Both the position numbers and the translations under genes were made by a program. DNA of 64,000 nt from the NCBI GenBank assembly GCA_023205875.1, contig CP060755.1, positions 248,001 through 312,000 on the forward strand. The letters run 5' to 3'. Source of the DNA: Chloropicon primus. Its lineage: Eukaryota. A model generated the notes under the pieces. It worked only from the letters and a program-made list of their open reading frames with translations, was not told the origin of the DNA and did no database searches. The first letter of the stretch is position 1, and each line of letters starts with the position of its first letter. Shown here piece by piece: positions 27,193 through 35,930 of this stretch.

Positions 27193-29673
27193 ATGGCCGC
27201 GACGACGAAGCCCGCGGCGTACGCGGGGCGCAACTCCAGCCTGGAGACGGAGGGCGCCCGGCCCGTGCCTCCCCACCACCACCAGCACAGCCTGAGCCCC
27301 CACGACGTGGACTTTCTGGAGGACGTGGTGGCGGGCATGGACCCGCCGGACCTCGACTTCCTGGCCAGGCTGGAGTGCGGTGGGGGGCCGTCCTCCCTGG
27401 CGTCCCGGGAGGACCGCCACCACGCCGCGGGGAGCCCCAACGTGGAGAGGCTGAAGCGAGCGATGGAGATCATCACGACGAGCGGGGAGCTGGAGAACAT
27501 GGACAGCGAGCAGAGCCTGATCCAGGTGTGGTACCCCCCGCCGGTGAGCGGGGACGACTCGGCCGGGAGGCACCTCAGGAATGTCGTGCTGGGGTGCACG
27601 ACGACGACGGCGGCGGCGGCGCCCCAGGCGGTCAAGGAGGAGGAGGTGTCCCAGCGGGAGGGCGTGGAGGAGCAAGTGTCCCACACCCTGTCCCGGTTCG
27701 GGGAGAGGAGCAAGCTGTACAAGTTCGAGGTGGACGGCGGCCTCGCGGAGGGCCTGCCCGGAAGGGTCTTCGTCAGCGGGAGGCCGGAGATGACCCTGGA
27801 CGTCCAGCGGTACGGGGTGGAGAACTACCTGAGGATCAACGAGGCGAGGAACTGCGGGATCAGGGCGGCCGTGGGGATTCCCGTGTACGCCAGGGAGGAC
27901 GGGACGGGGAGGAGGGAGACGGTGGCCGTGGTGGAGATCTCCAAGGTGAGCGAGAAGCTCAACATGGAGAGGCTGAGCTGCAGGCTCGCGGACATCTTCG
28001 AGTCGGTGGACCTGTTCACCTGGGGGAGGGAGAGCCCCTCCGTCAGGTTCGGCAACTGGCCCTTCAACATCCACGTGCAGAGGACGAGCGCGGTCCTGAA
28101 CACCCTGGTGGAGGCGGTCTGCCGGGTCCCGGGAATCGAGTACGTCGCAACCTGGGGCAGGGCGACCGGGTTCGAGGTGGAGGCGCCCAAGGGAGGCGCC
28201 AAGCCTCCCGCGCTCCTGAGCTGCGACGCCCTGCCCTGCGGGGTGCAGAACGCGAGCTTCATCGAGTACAGGAAGGCCTGCGGCTCCAGGCTGATCTACG
28301 AGAACTTTGGCTTCGTGGGCAGGGCCTGGGGGAAGAACTGCTCGGTCTGGCACTCGAGCGTCTCGAGCATCCCCTGGGAGGCAAACCCGTACACCCAGTT
28401 CAACGTCGCCAGCTTCCCGGGGGGCGTCGTGGCGGTGCCCCTCACGCTTTCCAAACAGTACAGCAACGGCGGGGAGGACACCAAGTACATCCTGGAGCTC
28501 TTCATCTCGGCCCTGTGCACCGACATCGAGCAACAGAGGGTCTTGATCGTGAACATGCTCACCCTCCTGATCAAGATCGGCGGTGGGAGGTTCGACATCG
28601 GGGTGCTCCTGGAGTACCTCGACACGGATTCTCTGCTCCCGGGAGGCGTGGCGCGGCCGGGCCAGGCACGCCTCCCAAGCCCCGGGGGGGTGGCGAACGC
28701 GCAGTCGCCGGGGAACGAGGAGGACGACCAGGCGGCCGAGGTCCGGGAGGAGGCGGAGGGAGGCAGAGCGGGCAAGGGCAAGGGGGTGAGCAAGAAGTCA
28801 ATCTCCCTGCAGATGCTTCAGAAGCACTTCAAGTACAACTTGAAGGAAGCGGCAAGGAGGCTTGGCGTCTGCCCCACGACCCTCAAGAGGGTCTGCAGGC
28901 AGCACAACATCCCCCGCTGGCCTTGCAGGAGGCTGAAGAAGGTGAACAGGTCGATGAATAAGCTCCAGGGCGTGATGGAGGCCTGCCCGGGGGTGAACCT
29001 CAACGAGATTGGGTTCCCAAACCTCAGGAAAGCCTGCATGTTCAACACCTCGTCCAGTGAGCTGAGCCGCCGCGATCTGAGCGAGAACAAGGCCGTGGTT
29101 GCGGGACCGTCTCGGACGCCGGCGCTGGAGGTCAACAGTAAGGCACTAGCGCATAACCCGGTGCAGCAGGTCCACTATGTGGGCGGAACGAGTCCGATCC
29201 CCATCCCCGTGTCCCGGGGGCTGGAGTACGCCAACCCGGAGCTGCACCACGTCGGATCCAGCAACGACTTCAGGCAGCTCGAGGTTCCGGGGTGCGGATC
29301 CAACCAGCTCGCGAACGGGTTACAGGCCAGATGCCTGTCTCCCCCCACCTCGGACATCCAAGGAAACGTTTACCAATCGAGTAGCGTGCCGGACAGGACC
29401 GTGTCGGTGAAGGCTAGCTATTGCGGCAATCTCATGAGATTTGCCCTCCACCCGGGGCACACCTTTGAGGACGTCATTTCCCGGATAAGCAGCCACTTCA
29501 ACTTGGCTGACATGGAGGTCCACCTCAAGTACCTGGACGAGGAGAACGACTTTATTTGGATGAAGAACGACCAAGACTTGGTGGAGGCCCGGGACACGGT
29601 AGGAAGGCAGGACGACGAGAGGAGAATCATCAGGGTCCGAGTCGAGGCCGTGGAGGGGGCCGTGGACGCGTAG
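27193..29673 (+). CDS. NLP: NIN-like protein (NLP/NIT2-type) transcription factor: GAF-like regions + RWP-RK + PB1; about 826 aa
   Basis: LIQVW, GLPGRVF.SG.PE.T.DVQ.Y....YLR..EA..C.IR (GAF-like); LQKHF...LKEAA..LGVCPTTLKRVCRQH.I.RWPCRRLKKV (RWP-RK); VKASY....MRF.L.....HLKYLDEENDFIWM..D.DL.E (PB1). Confidence 0.93.
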   Translation: MAATTKPAAYAGRNSSLETEGARPVPPHHHQHSLSPHDVDFLEDVVAGMDPPDLDFLARLECGGGPSSLASREDRHHAAGSPNVERLKRAMEIITTSGELENMDSEQSLIQVWYPPPVSGDDSAGRHLRNVVLGCTTTTAAAAPQAVKEEEVSQREGVEEQVSHTLSRFGERSKLYKFEVDGGLAEGLPGRVFVSGRPEMTLDVQRYGVENYLRINEARNCGIRAAVGIPVYAREDGTGRRETVAVVEISKVSEKLNMERLSCRLADIFESVDLFTWGRESPSVRFGNWPFNIHVQRTSAVLNTLVEAVCRVPGIEYVATWGRATGFEVEAPKGGAKPPALLSCDALPCGVQNASFIEYRKACGSRLIYENFGFVGRAWGKNCSVWHSSVSSIPWEANPYTQFNVASFPGGVVAVPLTLSKQYSNGGEDTKYILELFISALCTDIEQQRVLIVNMLTLLIKIGGGRFDIGVLLEYLDTDSLLPGGVARPGQARLPSPGGVANAQSPGNEEDDQAAEVREEAEGGRAGKGKGVSKKSISLQMLQKHFKYNLKEAARRLGVCPTTLKRVCRQHNIPRWPCRRLKKVNRSMNKLQGVMEACPGVNLNEIGFPNLRKACMFNTSSSELSRRDLSENKAVVAGPSRTPALEVNSKALAHNPVQQVHYVGGTSPIPIPVSRGLEYANPELHHVGSSNDFRQLEVPGCGSNQLANGLQARCLSPPTSDIQGNVYQSSSVPDRTVSVKASYCGNLMRFALHPGHTFEDVISRISSHFNLADMEVHLKYLDEENDFIWMKNDQDLVEARDTVGRQDDERRIIRVRVEAVEGAVDA

Positions 29674-29826
29674 CGAGGAGATGGGAGGCGTGCACAGGGC
29701 TCGCTCTGTGATTTGTACATTTAGAAGGAAAAGAAGAAAAACAGCACTTCGGTACTCAACTTGATATTCACTTGTAGTACACACGATTTCACGACGCTTG
29801 AAACTTTGACGCGCAACGCTTTGTGG

Positions 29827-30810
29827 CTACGCCCTGAGGTCGTACGCGTACCAGTGGGCCAGGGCAACGAAGACTGCGCTGCCTACGATGTTCCCGAGGG
29901 TGACAGGAAGCATGTTTCCCACGAGGAACTGCTTGATGGAGATGTCCGCCCCCGCGAGGATCCCTTGGGAGATGAGGAATTGGTTCGCGATGCTGTGCTC
30001 CGCTCCCAGGGTGACAAAGGTGGAGATCGGGATGAAGATGCCCAGGAGCTTCCCCGGCACTGTGTTGCTGGCCATGGCCATCCACACGGCCAGGCACACC
30101 AGCCAGTTGCAGAGCACGCCCTTTGCGAAGAGGACCCCGAAGCTCATGGAAACCTTGGCCACCGCCGCCTTGGTGACGGCGGCCGTCAGGGCCTCGCTCG
30201 ACGTGGTGCAAGCCAGGAAGGACAGGAAGGCGACGAAGACGGACCCCGCGAAGTTCCCGTTGAAGCTCCAGAACCAGTTCTTCAGCAGGTCCATCGCCTT
30301 CACCCTCCCGGCGAGGAGTCCGCTGATCATGACGAAGACGTTGCCGGTGAAGAGCTCCGCCCCGGTAAGGACCACCATGGACAGCCCCGCCGGCAAGCCG
30401 ATCGCTCCCTTGAGGAAGCTGGCGAGGCCCGGGTCGCTCGAGGCGAGGCCCGGGGAGGACCCGGAGACCACGCTGCACAGCAGGGCCCCGATCCCGATCA
30501 GGGAGCCCGCCAGGAAGCCCAGCACGAGGGTCTTGTCCCACGAGTACTTGGCCTTGGCCTCGGCCGTGCTGCACGCCGCCTTGTACACCGCCGGAGGCGC
30601 AAGGGCGCTCGGCGGCGAGGCGGCGGAGCGGGCCGCCACATTGCCACGCCGCGGCGCATCGGTGCGCCCGGCCCTCCTCTCACCGGCAGCGGGCCGACAT
30701 CTTGGCCGAAAACGGCTGGGAGGGCGGCGAGCCTGGGAGGGCCTCGCCGTCCCCGTCCTCGCACCCCCGCGCACCCCCGTCTTCGACACCGCAGCGCTCG
30801 CCAACACCAT
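29827..30810 (-). CDS. NAR1: Formate/nitrite transporter NAR1, plastid-targeted
   Basis: LGFLAG..IG.G, GL.MVVLTGAELFTGN, GNFAGS, KGVLCNWLVCLAVW, F...GAEHSIAN, PVTLGNIVG. Arg/Ala-rich transit peptide from MVLASAA. Confidence 0.94.
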   Translation of the reverse strand: MVLASAAVSKTGVRGGARTGTARPSQARRPPSRFRPRCRPAAGERRAGRTDAPRRGNVAARSAASPPSALAPPAVYKAACSTAEAKAKYSWDKTLVLGFLAGSLIGIGALLCSVVSGSSPGLASSDPGLASFLKGAIGLPAGLSMVVLTGAELFTGNVFVMISGLLAGRVKAMDLLKNWFWSFNGNFAGSVFVAFLSFLACTTSSEALTAAVTKAAVAKVSMSFGVLFAKGVLCNWLVCLAVWMAMASNTVPGKLLGIFIPISTFVTLGAEHSIANQFLISQGILAGADISIKQFLVGNMLPVTLGNIVGSAVFVALAHWYAYDLRA

Positions 30811-30920
30811 CGCTCGTCGCCCCTTCGTCCTTCGAAGCCCGACAACCAAAGGCGCGTGCGTTACGTTCTCTTATCTTCGTAACGCTTTTGTTTTTCCCTC
30901 TTGTCCCTCTGAAATCAGTT

Positions 30921-30945
30921 TGCCTCTTGGGCTGCGGAAGAGGGA
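30921..30945. promoter_or_regulatory. Pseudo-palindromic NRE-like candidate NLP site in the NAR1/NiR divergent promoter
   Basis: TGCCTCTT-N9-AAGAGGGA. Its core gcctcttgggctgcgg matches gccttttgggctacgg at 19126-19141 at 14 of 16 positions. Confidence 0.45.
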
Positions 30946-31048
30946 CCGCCACAGGTCTGTGGCGCGCCGACGACGAGAGAGACAGAGAGAGACAGAGAGA
31001 GGGAGAGGGAGGGAGAGGAAGGAGTGAGATCACGTCGTGTCGGTGGCG

Positions 31049-33076
31049 ATGAGTTCTTCGATGCACAACAAGGCGCTCAGGAGCGCTCCTAGGCAGCCTC
31101 GAGGCTCGACCTGCACGGCCCGGTCGAGCGGGCCGGGCACGAACAGGTTGGTGAATTTCCTCAACCTCAAGAGGATCTTCAAGGGTGGGGAGTCGAAGCA
31201 GATGCAGGAGAGGAACAAGATCTCGAGCCAGGCCCCGGGGATCTTCCCCGTCAGCCCCGGCACGGCCGACATCATCCGGTCGATCAACTCGAACGAGTAC
31301 GTCCACGAGGAGGCCCGCGTGGAGTGGGAGAGGGAGGGTTCCGGGCCCCAGCAGCAGCCCTTCCTCCGCGTCAAGGACCCCAAGAAGGAGAAGCTGAACA
31401 ACTTCGAGAAGACGAAGATGGCGAAGAACCCCGTGCTGCTGACCCTGGACGACTTCAAGGAGTGGGCGAAGGTCCCCTTCGAGGTGCTGGACACCAAGGA
31501 GAACGCCGGCGACATCGACATCAGGCTCAAGTGGTTCGGGCTCTTCCACCGAAGGAAGCAGCAGTACGGCAAGTTCATGATGAGACTCAAGCTCCCGAAC
31601 GGCATCGTGACCTCGGAGCAGCTTCGGGTCCTGGCCGAGATCACGGACGAGGCCGGGGAGGGCGGGTGCGGGGACATCACCACCAGGCAGAACTTCCAGC
31701 TCCGGGGGATCACCCTGCAGGCCGTGCCGGACATCTTCGAGAGGCTCGAGGCGTGCGGCCTGACCACCATCCAGAGCGGGATGGACAACGTCAGGAACGC
31801 CGTGGGCAGCCCCATCGCCGGCGTGGACCCCATGGAGATCGTGAACACCATCCCCGTGTGCAACGACCTCACGGAGTACGTCATCGACTTTGGCAAGATG
31901 AACGAGAGGATCGCGAACCTCCCTCGCAAGTGGAACGTCTGCGTCGTCGGGTCCCATGACCTGTACGAGCACCCCCACATCAACGACCTCGCCTACATGC
32001 CGGCCGAGAAGGACGGGAGGTTCGGGTACAACTTGCTGGTGGGCGGCTTCTTCAGCGCGACCAAGTGCGAGGAGGCCATCTCCATGGACGCCTGGGTCCC
32101 GGAGGAGCACGTGATCCACACTTGCGACGCCATCCTGACGACCTTCAGGGACTTTGGCGCGAGGAGCGGCAGGCAGAAGTGCAGAATGATGTGGCTCATC
32201 AAGGACATGGGGCTCGAGAACTTCAGGGACGAGGTCGCGAACCGCATGCCTGGGGGTAGGCTCGAGACGGAGGGGAAAGACCTCGTGGACACCAGCCACA
32301 AGAGAAGGGACTACCACGGCGTCCACAAGCAGAAGCAGGAGGGCTTGAACTACGTGGGCCTCAATGTCCCCGCGGGGAGAATTCAGGCCAAGGACATGTT
32401 CGAGATCGCGAGGCTGGCGGAGGAGTACGGATCCGGCGAGACGCGGCTGACCGTGGAGCAGAACTACATCATACCGAACGTGCCGGACGACAAGGTGGAG
32501 GCCCTGCTTCAGGAGCCCCTCCTCACCACCGGGGAGGGGTTCGCTACGGCGTTCAGGCCCAACCCCGGGCGTCTGGTGAAGGACTTGGTCTCCTGCACCG
32601 GCAACCAGTTCTGCGCCCTCGCACTGATCGAGACAAAGGCCACGGGCAAGGCCTTGGCAGAGGCCCTGGAGGCAACGATGGACTTCACCAGGGACGTGAG
32701 GATGCACTGGACGGGCTGTCCGAACACCTGTGGCCAGGTTCAGGTGGCGGACATCGGCTTCCTGGGTTGCCAGACCAAGAACCCCACCGGGGAAAAGGGG
32801 AACGTCGATGGAGTCAAGATATTCTTGGGCGGAAACATCGGCCACGACGCCGCCCTGGGAAAGGAGGTCGCCAAGGTGGCCTGCTCAGAGCTCCTGCCTT
32901 ACGTCCAGGACCTGCTCGTGGAGAAGTTTGGGGCCACTCGCAAGAGCAAAGGTTCCCTGACAAGCGAGGACGAGGTCGCGATCAAGTACTGGCAGGACTT
33001 TCCCTTCAATTCGGGTGGAGGCCCGGCGGTCTTCCCGGCAAATGGCAACGGGGAGTACGTGAAGCCGACTACTTGA
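31049..33076 (+). CDS. NII1: Ferredoxin-nitrite reductase, plastid-targeted
   Basis: DIDIRLKWFGLFHRRK..YGKFMMRLKLPNG, DITTRQNFQLRG, SGMDNVRN, NLPRKWN, SCTGNQFC and TGCPNTCGQ (siroheme/[4Fe-4S] cysteines). Confidence 0.97.
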   Translation: MSSSMHNKALRSAPRQPRGSTCTARSSGPGTNRLVNFLNLKRIFKGGESKQMQERNKISSQAPGIFPVSPGTADIIRSINSNEYVHEEARVEWEREGSGPQQQPFLRVKDPKKEKLNNFEKTKMAKNPVLLTLDDFKEWAKVPFEVLDTKENAGDIDIRLKWFGLFHRRKQQYGKFMMRLKLPNGIVTSEQLRVLAEITDEAGEGGCGDITTRQNFQLRGITLQAVPDIFERLEACGLTTIQSGMDNVRNAVGSPIAGVDPMEIVNTIPVCNDLTEYVIDFGKMNERIANLPRKWNVCVVGSHDLYEHPHINDLAYMPAEKDGRFGYNLLVGGFFSATKCEEAISMDAWVPEEHVIHTCDAILTTFRDFGARSGRQKCRMMWLIKDMGLENFRDEVANRMPGGRLETEGKDLVDTSHKRRDYHGVHKQKQEGLNYVGLNVPAGRIQAKDMFEIARLAEEYGSGETRLTVEQNYIIPNVPDDKVEALLQEPLLTTGEGFATAFRPNPGRLVKDLVSCTGNQFCALALIETKATGKALAEALEATMDFTRDVRMHWTGCPNTCGQVQVADIGFLGCQTKNPTGEKGNVDGVKIFLGGNIGHDAALGKEVAKVACSELLPYVQDLLVEKFGATRKSKGSLTSEDEVAIKYWQDFPFNSGGGPAVFPANGNGEYVKPTT

Positions 33077-33212
33077 AGGAGGAGGAGGAGGAGGTGTGTG
33101 TGGGTTAACGGTTCGCTTTACACGCCCTTCACAAGCAGCTAGTGACTAGAAATTATTTGCCTACAAAAAAATGTAAAAACAAGAGCTTGACTTGTACACG
33201 CGCATTCTACAC

Positions 33213-34877
33213 TTACATTATGGAACAATTGCAGTCACAGCTGGTGTCAAAGGCATCCAGCCTAAAGTTCTCCTCCGCATCGCCCTTGGGGATGACCGGG
33301 GCGTAATCGCTGTCCTTGAGGTCGTCCATCACGGACTGCAGGGCCTTCCTCACCGCCGTCATCGAAGGCCTCAGGAACGGCTCCCTTGTCCAGCACTGCT
33401 CGATGATCTCTTTCAGCATCGGCCTCTTCTTCCAGTTCTCAGAGGTGAATGCCGGCCTCTTGCCTTTCGCCGCCGCCTCCACCACCTGTATGATCTCCTC
33501 TCGCGTGTCCTTCTGCTCCGCACAGAAGGGTTGCTTGCCCTCAAAGAGCTCGAAGCCGATCATCGCGAAGGAGTAAACGTCCACGGCCTTGTTGTAAGGC
33601 TGGGAGCACCAAACCTCGGGCGCCATGTACAGCAGGGACCCCGTTTTGCCCGTCATGTTGAGCTCGGTCTCGGTCAGACTCTTTAGGGACTGGTACGCGG
33701 CCGTGGACCTTATCGACCCACTGTGTTCGCTGATCGGGCTCGGTCTGTCTAGAAAGTTGCGAAAGTGGTCGCCCTTCCTATGGGAGACGTCCTCCAAGTC
33801 CTCCTGCGGACTCATCTCCACCTCGTTGAGACTTCTGTTAATAATGACGCGGCTCAACCCAAAGTCGGTGATCTTGACCTCCCCGTGACCGGTGAAAAGG
33901 ATGTTATCGGGCTTCAGATCCCTGTGCACCATGGACAGGGGTTTCCTGCTGTGGACGTACTCGAGGGCCGAGACGATGGCGAACGCGACCTCCAGGGCCT
34001 TCCCCAGGGGCATCTGTCCCTTCATTCCGTGGCGGATGAGGGCGAACTGGTCGAGCAGGGTGCCCCCGGAGCAGAACTCCGTGACGATTGCCATGGGCTG
34101 CAGATCGGTGCAGACGCCGAGGAACTGGACGATGTGCGGGTGCGCCAGCCTGCTGAATATCGAGAGCTCCATCTTGAAGATGCTGATCTCCTCCTCCGAC
34201 CAATCCAAGTGAGGAATACGCTTGAGGGCCACCTTCAGGCCTCGCCAGTACGCCAGGGTGACGGTGGCGAAAGATCCCTTCCACGGCCCGTCCACCCTCT
34301 TCCTGTAGTACTCGTTCTCGATCTCCTCGTCGCCCTCGCCCCTCGACTTCATGTTCCTCAGGTCCAAGAGGCTGATTCCCCACTGCTCCATGTCGCCAGA
34401 GATCAAGGTCGCCACCCGCTCCCGCTCCACCAGCTTGCCGGACGCGTTGCCGTGCGACTCCAGGAGCCTCGCCACGCCATTGTGGTTCCCCCGCTTCGCC
34501 TCGTGCCACGGCGTGTGCCCCCAGTTGTCCACGGGGTCCGTGGGGGCGCCGTACGACAGGAGCCAAGACACGGCCTCCGCGCTCCCGTTCGCCGCCGCAA
34601 TGTGGAGGCAGGTCCTGTTGTCGTAGTTCGCTTCCGAGATGATCTTCGGGTTGCTGTGGTACACGAGCTTGAGGCCGTTCAAGTCGTTCTTCGCGCAGTA
34701 GTACATGGCCTGGAACAGCTTCTCCTTCACCGAGAGCTCTTCCCGCGTCACAAAACTCTCCACATCGTAATTCTCCGCCACCGCGGGGTGCATCTCCACC
34801 TCATCCTCCACGACCTTCTCGAGCGTCGGGGCCCGGGGCAGGCACGACAGCGACTGGGCCGACGAGGACCTCCGCAT
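33213..34877 (-). CDS. Ankyrin-repeat Raf-like/integrin-linked-kinase-type protein kinase
   Basis: Ankyrin motifs YDNRTCLHIAA and DNWGHTP; kinase motifs VALK, HPHIVQFLG, HRDLKPDN, DFGLS, TG.TGS..YMAPEV, DVYSF. Confidence 0.92.
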   Translation of the reverse strand: MRRSSSAQSLSCLPRAPTLEKVVEDEVEMHPAVAENYDVESFVTREELSVKEKLFQAMYYCAKNDLNGLKLVYHSNPKIISEANYDNRTCLHIAAANGSAEAVSWLLSYGAPTDPVDNWGHTPWHEAKRGNHNGVARLLESHGNASGKLVERERVATLISGDMEQWGISLLDLRNMKSRGEGDEEIENEYYRKRVDGPWKGSFATVTLAYWRGLKVALKRIPHLDWSEEEISIFKMELSIFSRLAHPHIVQFLGVCTDLQPMAIVTEFCSGGTLLDQFALIRHGMKGQMPLGKALEVAFAIVSALEYVHSRKPLSMVHRDLKPDNILFTGHGEVKITDFGLSRVIINRSLNEVEMSPQEDLEDVSHRKGDHFRNFLDRPSPISEHSGSIRSTAAYQSLKSLTETELNMTGKTGSLLYMAPEVWCSQPYNKAVDVYSFAMIGFELFEGKQPFCAEQKDTREEIIQVVEAAAKGKRPAFTSENWKKRPMLKEIIEQCWTREPFLRPSMTAVRKALQSVMDDLKDSDYAPVIPKGDAEENFRLDAFDTSCDCNCSIM

Positions 34878-35020
34878 CTTCTCGCTCGCTGCCTTGTCAC
34901 CCGCCGCGCAGCGCTTCGGCCTTTGAAGAGACGGGAGGATCTGCCCCGCTGGGTGTTTCGGCCGTTGAAGTAAAAGCGCGCGTGCGTTACAAGAGGAGGG
35001 GCGTCGACGAGGGAGGGGCC

Positions 35021-35350
35021 ATGGCGAAGGAGAAGGATGGGAGCGAGAAGAAGGGCGAGACCCCGAAGAGGGTGGAGATGCCTCCGTACTCGTTGGCGGA
35101 GCGGCAGTACCTCGGGATAAACCTGGGCGTGCTGGGCTGCGTCATTCTCTTGGGAGGCATGGCTCAGGAGTACGTCAGGTCGGACTTGTTCATGTGGGTC
35201 GGCTTCGCCATCGTTCTCGTGGGGCTGTTCTTCCACGAGACGAGGCCCCTCCAGAGGCGGGGCTGGGGCGACATCACGGACGAGTTCAGGAGCGGCATGA
35301 GCAAGCTCGAGGAGGCGGACGCCAAGAAGAAGGATAAGAAAACAAAGTGA
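35021..35350 (+). CDS. Small hypothetical 2-TM membrane protein (109 aa) with a Lys-rich C-terminus
   Basis: gccATGG context, GC3-rich codons, two hydrophobic segments, ends KKKDKKTK (possible ER-retrieval signal). Confidence 0.65.
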   Translation: MAKEKDGSEKKGETPKRVEMPPYSLAERQYLGINLGVLGCVILLGGMAQEYVRSDLFMWVGFAIVLVGLFFHETRPLQRRGWGDITDEFRSGMSKLEEADAKKKDKKTK

Positions 35351-35406
35351 AGTGCTAAACGCTAAAATATATACACGATACAAACTGAAGCACAACGACG
35401 AGACTC

Positions 35407-35802
35407 TCAAGCGTCGCTGACGCCCGCGTCGTCCTCCGCGTCGTCCTCCGGGGCTTGGCTCAGGCCGAGCTGCTTCCTCTGCAAGTCCGCCACAATCTTG
35501 TCGACCTTTGTGGACAGGAGCCACACCGCGACCAGGGCCGCCCCCACGACGAGGCCCCAGGCCTGGTCGGCCGTCCACGGCACGCCGGAGGCCCGGCAGG
35601 TGACGGGCCCTCCTTGCCGCCGGCCCCTGAACACGCGTGGGCCGCGCCCGGCCCGCCCCTGCCTTGCGCCTTCGTGCCTCTGCCCCCCCACCCTCGAGCA
35701 GCCTTGACGACCGCGGCGAGCGGCTTCAGCGGACCTCCCCTTCGAAGCTCCACCCCGATCCCATCCTCGGCTTCCTCGCGTCGTTCGCGTTGCCCCGAGC
35801 AT
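35407..35802 (-). CDS. Small hypothetical single-TM protein, probably plastid-targeted (131 aa)
   Basis: Arg/Gly-rich N-terminus ending in the transit-peptide-like cleavage motif VTCRA, then TM AWGLVVGAALVAVWLL and an acidic tail. Confidence 0.6.
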   Translation of the reverse strand: MLGATRTTRGSRGWDRGGASKGRSAEAARRGRQGCSRVGGQRHEGARQGRAGRGPRVFRGRRQGGPVTCRASGVPWTADQAWGLVVGAALVAVWLLSTKVDKIVADLQRKQLGLSQAPEDDAEDDAGVSDA

Positions 35803-35888
35803 CTGCACCAGGCCGAACCCCCCCAGTCCCCTTGAAATGGGACAGAAGCACTCCCTGCGCCCACCCAGCTGCCTTGCCTGCTGCAAAA

Positions 35889-35930
35889 CCAATCCAATCC
35901 AATCCAATCCAACCCAACCCAACCCAATCC
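35889..35930. repeat. (CCAAT)n/(CCAAC)n pentanucleotide microsatellite
   Basis: ccaatccaatccaatccaatccaacccaacccaacccaatcc. Confidence 0.85.

Noticed and set aside
19293..32845. Very long antisense or alternative-frame ORFs (19293-21284, 24068-26602, 26968-28533, 30680-32845; also 36268-38064, 46930-48675, 57424-59166)
   Set aside because: Shadow ORFs caused by high GC3 in real genes on the opposite strand or frame; they carry no recognisable motifs
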